A DNA stretch of 29,797 nucleotides from a virus (taxonomy: Duplodnaviria > Caudoviricetes): positions 1-29,797 of the IMG/VR virus record IMGVR_UViG_3300046786_000086; one strand, given 5' to 3'. Every line of letters begins with the position of its first letter. Positions within the stretch are counted from its first letter, which is position 1. The notes under the pieces were generated by a model that was not told the DNA's origin, did not search any database, and saw nothing but the letters and a program-made list of their open reading frames with translations. This document shows positions 1-5,340 of this stretch, one piece after another. The translations under genes and the position numbers were made by a program.

Positions 1-109
1 TAGCGCCCAATTGGTCAACGGCTTGAGCTAATTCAGGGCAAGTAACGGAGCCGCCTGACATTGTGGCGAGGATAGAAGAGAAAACGGGGGAAACGTGTGA
101 GTTTGACAT
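1..109 (-). CDS. 5' part of a leftward (probably early) hypothetical gene, runs off the window
   Basis: Not in the ORF track. Minus-strand ATG at 109 is open to the window edge (MSNSHVSPVFSSILATMSGGSVTCPELAQAVDQLGA...) and is preceded by GAAAG-N8 as a possible RBS. Confidence 0.55.
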   Translation of the reverse strand, partial: MSNSHVSPVFSSILATMSGGSVTCPELAQAVDQLGA

Positions 110-186
110 TTGATTTACTTTCGGACTTGTTTACTGGAAAAGGCCAGCACCTGACAAGTAATGTAACGCTATCAAACCCAAAAAGG

Positions 187-242
187 TATTAGTACAAACC
201 CTAGGTTTCTATACTTTAAACCCTTAAGGGTTAACCCTAATA
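187..242. promoter_or_regulatory. Two copies of a quasi-palindromic operator-like motif (T/A)AGGGTT-N3-CTAAT
   Basis: Minus 203-187 TAGGGTTTGTACTAATA; plus 226-242 AAGGGTTAACCCTAATA. Overlapping perfect palindromes AACCCTTAAGGGTT (219-232) and AGGGTTAACCCT (227-238). Third copy at 901-917. Confidence 0.55.
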
Positions 243-541
243 CATTGTCAGTCATTACTAACACTTGATATCTGAGTAAATATTCAAGGGCTTTAATTAT
301 GTTAAGTAAGTGCAAGGCTTAGCATACCAAACCAAACCCCAAACTATGCATTTATTGCATAACCCTAGATTACCCGATTGTCAGTATCTATGCGGGTTTG
401 CGCTGGGTTTGCCTATTGACTGAGTGATTGGGAAGAGCTGAAAGTGATATCTCACCCTCTTCCGCCTTCTTTTCACGCCTTCCAAGCCGCCCTAATCCCG
501 CTCTCACTCCACCCCCATGCCTTGCTTTAGCCTATATACCT

Positions 542-606
542 GGGGGGGGTAGCACTGGGAATTGTCCCAAGAGGGGGGGCCCACTCCCCCATTCCCAAAT
601 TTTTTC
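542..606 (+). other. G-tract/C-tract element: GC-rich hairpin followed by a T run (terminator-like or genome-end/packaging signal)
   Basis: G8 (542-549), G4 (557-560), G7 (573-579), C5 (586-590). GGGGGGG-ccca-CTCCCCC hairpin nested within GGGAAT/ATTCCC, then AAATTTTTT. Confidence 0.35.
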
Positions 607-620
607 TAAAACTTTTCAGG
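597..620 (+). repeat. A/T-tract imperfect direct repeat, copy 1
   Basis: AAATTTTTTCTAAAACTTTTCAGG, nearly repeated at 965-990. Confidence 0.6.
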
Positions 621-626
621 TTGCAT

Positions 627-660
627 AAAAACAACAGTCCCTATATTGAGATACTGTGTT
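627..660 (-). terminator. Possible intrinsic terminator of the leftward RNA
   Basis: Minus strand ACAGTATCT-caatat-AGGGACTGT imperfect hairpin followed by TGTTTTT. Confidence 0.3.
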
Positions 661-888
661 ACTTGAGTTACTTGTGTGGGTCTTAACTGTGGACGAACTA
701 TGGCATCCACTGTGTGTGTCTGTAAGAAAAAAATTACTTACAACAGTAGCACCTTGTTTATCTAACCTACTATTTCTAGCTCTACCTGTGTAGCCCCGTT
801 CGTTGCCTACTAGAGAACTTGATAGATTCGGTACGTTTATCTGGGTTGGTAAGCTACCTGCCTTCCCAAGGGCTGGATGATGGCCCCG
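627..888 (-). ncRNA. Putative ~260-nt leftward structured non-coding RNA
   Basis: Lies downstream of the TTGTCA-16-TAGAAT promoter; no ORF found; several hairpins whose G-U pairs work only on the minus strand (GGGGC/GCCCT, GTGGATG/CGTCCAC). Confidence 0.45.
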
Positions 889-893
889 TGTTC

Positions 894-921
894 ATTCTAG
901 TAGGGTTTTCCCTAATGACAA
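894..921 (-). promoter_or_regulatory. Leftward sigma70-type promoter with a palindromic operator in its spacer
   Basis: Minus strand TTGTCA (921-916), 16-nt spacer, TAGAAT (899-894). The spacer contains TAGGG-N4-CCCTA (901-914). Confidence 0.65.
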
Positions 922-931
922 TAGAATATCC

Positions 932-964
932 TGTGGATAACTCTGTATAACAAATCCTGTATAA
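932..964. promoter_or_regulatory. DnaA-box cluster (one perfect, two degenerate)
   Basis: TGTGGATAA 932-940 is the reverse complement of TTATCCACA; TCTGTATAA 942-950 (1 mismatch to TTWTNCACA); CCTGTATAA 956-964 (2 mismatches). All co-oriented and followed by an AT-rich tract. Confidence 0.5.
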
Positions 965-990
965 AAATTTTTCTTTAAAACTTTTTCTGG
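965..990 (+). repeat. A/T-tract imperfect direct repeat, copy 2
   Basis: AAATTTTTCTTTAAAACTTTTTCTGG, followed by the -10-like TACAAT at 992-997. Confidence 0.6.
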
Positions 991-991
991 A

Positions 992-997
992 TACAAT
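992..997 (+). promoter_or_regulatory. Candidate -10 box of the rightward late promoter
   Basis: TACAAT just upstream of the structured leader starting at ~1003. No recognisable -35, so possibly activator-dependent. Confidence 0.35.
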
Positions 998-1055
998 TTG
1001 ATTGTCTTGGACACGCAGACGTTAAAGCGAAGTGGGGTCTAGTGGAAGCCTAGAG

Positions 1056-1149
1056 CTAACACGCATGGGGATTAATAGGTTGGCGCGAGATTCGCCATTC
1101 AAGCCTGAAGGTTGTGGGTTCGATCCCCACTAGTCCTCAGCCGTGTTGG
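1056..1149 (+). ncRNA. tRNA-like structured RNA (non-canonical, lacks a D stem)
   Basis: T arm GTGGG-TTCGATC-CCCAC (1114-1130); 8-bp acceptor-like helix GGGGATTA/TAGTCCTC (1067-1074/1131-1138); 5-bp stem with 7-nt loop TGGCG-CGAGATT-CGCCA (1081-1097); outer helix CTAACACG/CGTGTTGG; no CCA. Confidence 0.6.
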
Positions 1150-1211
1150 TTAAGCGCATTGCGTAGGGTTGGGAGTTCCTAGCCGCCAACAACATATAGC
1201 AAAGGAATAGC

Positions 1212-1751
1212 ATGGAATGGACATTGGCACACCCACTGCATGATGTGGATGATATTGTTGACATGGCTGACTCAGTCTTTGGTACTGAGGCTGATGGCAT
1301 ACTGACTAGGGACAAAACAGTGTTCCGAAAGAATGTTACTGTTGCAACGACAGTACAGGTCTTTGATAAATCCAAAGAGTTCATAGCTGTTTGCCGTGGC
1401 GACAAATGGATCAAGACTTTTATGGGTGAGGCTGCTGAAGATGCTCTGCTTGGCTACTGTTGGTTTGACAGGGGTGGGTATACAACCTATGCCAATGAAG
1501 AAATCAGCAATGCCAAATTTCACCATGTTGACCTACAATTACCCGCTAGGTTGCGTGTCCGTCTAATTAATGAGATGATTGACCAACATATACTGTGGGC
1601 ACACAGATGGGGTATTCCTGTCGTGTGTTCAACTTCTATCCGTGCCGAGCATGATGGATTTATGAAGATTCACAAGAAACGTGGCTTTACTGTGAACGGA
1701 TCGTATGCTTGGATTAGAACTGAAAAGGGTATGGAATGTTTGACGAAATAA
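1212..1751 (+). CDS. GNAT-fold (acetyltransferase-like) protein
   Basis: AAGGA RBS. GNAT-like layout: N-terminal W-x-x-A...D(V)DDI helix, FIAV and LLGYCW strands, HVD...R-x-R motif-A-like segment, C-terminal HKKRGF (cf. YxxxGF). Confidence 0.6.
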   Translation: MEWTLAHPLHDVDDIVDMADSVFGTEADGILTRDKTVFRKNVTVATTVQVFDKSKEFIAVCRGDKWIKTFMGEAAEDALLGYCWFDRGGYTTYANEEISNAKFHHVDLQLPARLRVRLINEMIDQHILWAHRWGIPVVCSTSIRAEHDGFMKIHKKRGFTVNGSYAWIRTEKGMECLTK

Positions 1752-2251
1752 GACCCGAAGGCTCTACAGTCTCATCTGCCGAACTAAAGCGCAAAGCCCG
1801 TGAATATGGCAAAGCCAGACGAGCAGAAAAGAAAGCCATGAAACTGGCAACAGGTCAGATTGAACCTAAAGAATCTCCACCAGAGCAGCCCAAGGATGAA
1901 TACGACTTGAGCAATTTTGTTCCTCGGTCACAAAAGAATGCGCCAGGTCGCCCTAAGTCCATTGTCAACAAGGTTACAGAATATGGCGCTTTGTTCAACA
2001 AGCTCAATGACGAGCGTACCGCCAAAGGTCTGCCGCCCCTAAAGACTGCCATGGAAGTATTGATTGATGCCATGCAGTCTGATGAGCTAGACATCAAAGA
2101 CAAAGCCAAGATTGCCGACAAGTTAGCCCCGTTTGAATCTAGCCGTGCCCCTATTATTTCTGTTGAACACGTTCAGAATGTTACTCGTGAGGATGAGGGT
2201 GACGCTGATGAGGCTTTAAATGAGTTTCTTGATTCTCTAAGAAAGGTGTAA
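1736..2251 (+). CDS. terS: Terminase small subunit (putative)
   Basis: GRPKS-x-x-NK-x-T motif, helical AKIADKLAPF segment and acidic C-terminus typical of TerS; upstream of terL. Confidence 0.6.
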   Translation: MFDEIRPEGSTVSSAELKRKAREYGKARRAEKKAMKLATGQIEPKESPPEQPKDEYDLSNFVPRSQKNAPGRPKSIVNKVTEYGALFNKLNDERTAKGLPPLKTAMEVLIDAMQSDELDIKDKAKIADKLAPFESSRAPIISVEHVQNVTREDEGDADEALNEFLDSLRKV

Positions 2252-2254
2252 TAT

Positions 2255-2401
2255 ATGCCCCTGAAGAAGTCTAAAAGTCGTGAGGCTTTTTCCAAGAACG
2301 TCAAAGCTGAAGTCAAGGCGGGTAAGCCTCAGAAACAAGCTGTGGCAATTGCGTACCAAGTAAAACGGGACGCTGAACATAAACGTAAAGGTTCAAAATG
2401 A
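2255..2401 (+). CDS. Small basic phage protein, 48 aa (MPLKK...GKPQKQAVAIAY type)
   Basis: Missing from the ORF track. MPLKKSKSREAFSKNVKAEVKAGKPQKQAVAIAYQVKRDAEHKRKGSK; fills the gap exactly, with ATGA overlap to the next gene. Confidence 0.85.
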   Translation: MPLKKSKSREAFSKNVKAEVKAGKPQKQAVAIAYQVKRDAEHKRKGSK

Positions 2402-2679
2402 GCGGTTATACATCTGGTAACAATGCCCCAACATTGATGGCTCAAGCCCCCAATCGCAAAGGCAATCAATCTAAACACACCCCTGGCCCTGGTGGCGTTA
2501 CTGCTGTAACTCGCCCTCAAGGTTCTACAACTTATAGCGGTCCTCACCAAGGCGCTGCTAAAGCCAGTGGCTCAGTAACTTCTGGTCGTGGTCAAGCAGT
2601 TGCAGTTTCTCGCCCTAAGGCATATGACTGCTACTCAACCAATACTGGTTACACCAAAAATTCTTCTTATTTGAAGTGA
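2398..2679 (+). CDS. Small basic Gly/Ser/Thr-rich hypothetical protein
   Basis: ATGA coupling, AAAGG RBS, low-complexity sequence. Confidence 0.75.
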   Translation: MSGYTSGNNAPTLMAQAPNRKGNQSKHTPGPGGVTAVTRPQGSTTYSGPHQGAAKASGSVTSGRGQAVAVSRPKAYDCYSTNTGYTKNSSYLK

Positions 2680-2686
2680 GGCCATT

Positions 2687-2914
2687 ATGTACGGACGAGT
2701 AATCAATGGTGGCGCACAAATGCGCAAAGGTGTCTCTAAAGGCATTAATGACAAACTTGCAGGACACTCTGGCGAGAATGATCGCAGAGCTAAAGTTGCA
2801 GGTGCAGTCCGTGATGCATACAAAGTAAACACAGTCTCTAGTCAGCATACAAACAATTCTGACAAAGGCCAATTTACTAAACCTAGTAATCGTAGTAAGA
2901 ATTACGCTCTTTAA
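2687..2914 (+). CDS. Small basic hypothetical protein
   Basis: GAGG RBS, operon position. Confidence 0.75.
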   Translation: MYGRVINGGAQMRKGVSKGINDKLAGHSGENDRRAKVAGAVRDAYKVNTVSSQHTNNSDKGQFTKPSNRSKNYAL

Positions 2915-2929
2915 TTTTCAAGGAATAAT

Positions 2930-3571
2930 ATGGCAACGTATGACATTGATGCTCTCAAGGCAGACTTACCCACCGCTAAAGAACTCGCTCAGTTTGTCTA
3001 TGACAAGGTGGGCGTGTCTCTTGACCTTATCGGTAAGCCCAAAGAAGAACAGTATGTAGTCGCAAAGAATGCTCTAGAGGGTAAAAAAATTCCTTCAGAG
3101 TTTCAAACTGATGACAATCCATATGTGGATAAGAAAGAACTTATCCCTGTAGATGAGATTGCTAAGATGCCTAAACGAAGTGCTGACTTGCCTGACACTG
3201 AGTCACAAGTTCACTTTTTTGGTGCTACCAATATGCCCCACCCGTTTGATCCACAGTCAGACAAGAAGGTACAAATTCATTTCCGCAAATACGACAATGG
3301 CGTAATCACTTATCAGATTGCCGGACCATTAGAGCAAATTGAAGTTGGCTCTCGTATTAACAAATATGGTCAGACACAACCTGAACGTATTTCTTGGATT
3401 GACCCACGCACACCTGAAGAAGTGTTGCGCAGACCTGATGGCACTTTTACAGAAAAAGGCCGTGGTTTGTATCTGTACTGCACTGGTGAAAAAGGCTCAG
3501 GCATTTGGCGTTTTATTGACAAAGACATTGCGTCTGTCTCATCAAAGAATATTACTAATCCGTGGGCATAA
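2930..3571 (+). CDS. Hypothetical protein, 213 aa
   Basis: AAGGA RBS, long ORF in the operon; no family recognised. Confidence 0.85.
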   Translation: MATYDIDALKADLPTAKELAQFVYDKVGVSLDLIGKPKEEQYVVAKNALEGKKIPSEFQTDDNPYVDKKELIPVDEIAKMPKRSADLPDTESQVHFFGATNMPHPFDPQSDKKVQIHFRKYDNGVITYQIAGPLEQIEVGSRINKYGQTQPERISWIDPRTPEEVLRRPDGTFTEKGRGLYLYCTGEKGSGIWRFIDKDIASVSSKNITNPWA

Positions 3572-3759
3572 TGGAAGACCCATCAAAAATCTTCCAAAAC
3601 AAACTGTCATCCCAAGCTGAAGCCTGTGCCCGTAAAACCTTAGAGTGGTTGCAAAAAGACCTGCAAGGTACGCACAAGCTTGAGCCGGATGAGGTTTACT
3701 ATCTTGCATACGCTGCACAAATCTTGTTAACCATACGAGATAACTATGGCAAAAAGTGA
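3571..3759 (+). CDS. Hypothetical helical protein
   Basis: TAATG coupling favours the ATG at 3571 over the track's 3562; overlaps the terL start. Confidence 0.7.
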   Translation: MEDPSKIFQNKLSSQAEACARKTLEWLQKDLQGTHKLEPDEVYYLAYAAQILLTIRDNYGKK

Positions 3760-5338
3760 AGCAAGTGACTATATTCTTCCGCTCTACAAAGATCGGGCAA
3801 TAAAGCATTTGATTAAATTGGCAGGTGGTAAGGAATATACAAAAAATCTTACTGCCGACCAATTACTGGCAATGAAAACTGCCAGAGACAAAATTGCTAA
3901 AGATATGCAGTTCAATACTTTGAAGTGGTTTAGGCCATTCAAGTATCAACAAAAATTTTTTGACCTTGGCGGTAAGTTCTCCCGCAGAGGTATGATTGCT
4001 GCCAATCGTGCTGGCAAAACAATTGCATCGACTTATGAAACCGCATACCATTTAACTGGTCGGTATCCTAAGGATTGGAAAGGCGTGAGATGGGATAAAC
4101 CCATCATTGCTATGTGTTCTGGTGAATCTTGGGAACAGGTTGCTAAGACGTTGCAGTCCAAACTATTGGGTTGTGACGATATTAAGCAAAGTTACAAGTT
4201 GGGCACGGGGTCTATTCCAAGGGAGTGCATTGATGACAAGTCAATCCGAACAGATGGAGCCAACGTCCTTGCCATTGAGATATGGCATGAGTCTGGAGGA
4301 AAGTCTAAGCTTTACTTCTCCAACTACACCCAACAAGTCCGACATTTGCAAGGTTTTGAATTGGACCTTGTGGTACTTGATGAGCAACCACCAGATGAGA
4401 CTTTCTCAGAGCTTGTTGTTCGTACAGCGGCCCGAAACGGGCAGGTTATCTGTTCGTTTACACCACTTAAAGGTCTATCGGGTTTAGTCCGTAAGTTCTG
4501 GGATCAGATTGACGGGTATGCCCATGTTCGGGTAACTTGGGACGATATTCCATACAGTAATGAATGGGGGGAATCATTTTTCCCTAAAAAAGAACGTGAG
4601 CAATTAGCCCGAGACTTTATGCCTTGGGAGCGAGACTGCCGTATCAATGGCATCCCGCTTGTGGGTAAAGGTGTGGTCTTCCCGCTCTTGGAATGGCCTA
4701 CTTACAAGGCTGAAGACATTGACCTCAAGTCTAATGAAAAGCTAGAACGGCTTATTAGTTTTGACTTGGGTATTAAGAATGACCCAACAGTAATTTCTTT
4801 CTTTTACCGCAATCCGGTGGAAGAAATTATCTATTTGCACAAACAAATTACCATTCCTAATGGTGAAACACCGGACGAATATGTCCATTATTTGCTGAAC
4901 CAAGAAACTCGGGATGTGCCTATTGCGCTTCCCCACGATGCGGGTTTGGCGGGTCGATATACCCTGACAGAGCAGTCAGTGCGGGAAGTCTTTGAAGATT
5001 CCTATGGACTAAACTGTATTTCAGGTGCTATATTAAACCCACCTAATGATCAAGGTAAAGTAACGAACCATAAAGCATATGGAATCAATATAATGCGTAT
5101 GGGCATGGAACGTAAAACTTTTATGGTAAACGAGTCATGCAAAGCATTTCTTGATGAAGCTAGGAATTACGCCATTGACGATGCAGGTAGGTTTTCTGAT
5201 CCAGATGACCACATTGACTCTGCACGAATTGGCGTTTTAGCGTTGATTCAAGGTCATGGTGAGTCCGTGGTAAGTAGGGCAACAAACTTTGTTAAAAGGC
5301 GTATTGAAATGCCCGAAGGCAAAGTCCAAAGGATATAA
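3746..5338 (+). CDS. terL: Terminase large subunit (P22 gp2-like)
   Basis: Walker A AANRAGKT, Walker B LVVLDE, coupling motif FTP, nuclease acidic motifs SFDLG, PHD and DDHIDSAR. Confidence 0.95.
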   Translation: MAKSEASDYILPLYKDRAIKHLIKLAGGKEYTKNLTADQLLAMKTARDKIAKDMQFNTLKWFRPFKYQQKFFDLGGKFSRRGMIAANRAGKTIASTYETAYHLTGRYPKDWKGVRWDKPIIAMCSGESWEQVAKTLQSKLLGCDDIKQSYKLGTGSIPRECIDDKSIRTDGANVLAIEIWHESGGKSKLYFSNYTQQVRHLQGFELDLVVLDEQPPDETFSELVVRTAARNGQVICSFTPLKGLSGLVRKFWDQIDGYAHVRVTWDDIPYSNEWGESFFPKKEREQLARDFMPWERDCRINGIPLVGKGVVFPLLEWPTYKAEDIDLKSNEKLERLISFDLGIKNDPTVISFFYRNPVEEIIYLHKQITIPNGETPDEYVHYLLNQETRDVPIALPHDAGLAGRYTLTEQSVREVFEDSYGLNCISGAILNPPNDQGKVTNHKAYGINIMRMGMERKTFMVNESCKAFLDEARNYAIDDAGRFSDPDDHIDSARIGVLALIQGHGESVVSRATNFVKRRIEMPEGKVQRI

Positions 5339-5340
5339 AT

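Noticed and set aside
103-131. Perfect TTGACA at 103-108 as a rightward promoter
   Set aside because: No -10 at the right spacing; the hexamer overlaps the leftward gene's first codons
428-628. 66-aa ORF in the ORF track
   Set aside because: TTG start without a convincing RBS; runs through homopolymer G/C tracts; Pro/Ser-rich translation looks like a non-coding by-product
110-1000. CRISPR or mini-array
   Set aside because: Repeats are short, degenerate and irregularly spaced; no constant repeat-spacer period and no cas genes
1067-1139. Calling the element a functional tRNA-Ser(AGA) or tRNA-Sec
   Set aside because: No D stem, G33 and T37 in the loop, no CCA; the TTCA at 1098-1101 is not in an anticodon loop
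1003-1200. Pistol, twister or HDV-like (theta) ribozyme, or preQ1/SAM riboswitch
   Set aside because: CGTTAAA and AAGC fragments are reminiscent, but I could not build the required pseudoknot partners and catalytic or ligand-binding consensus by eye
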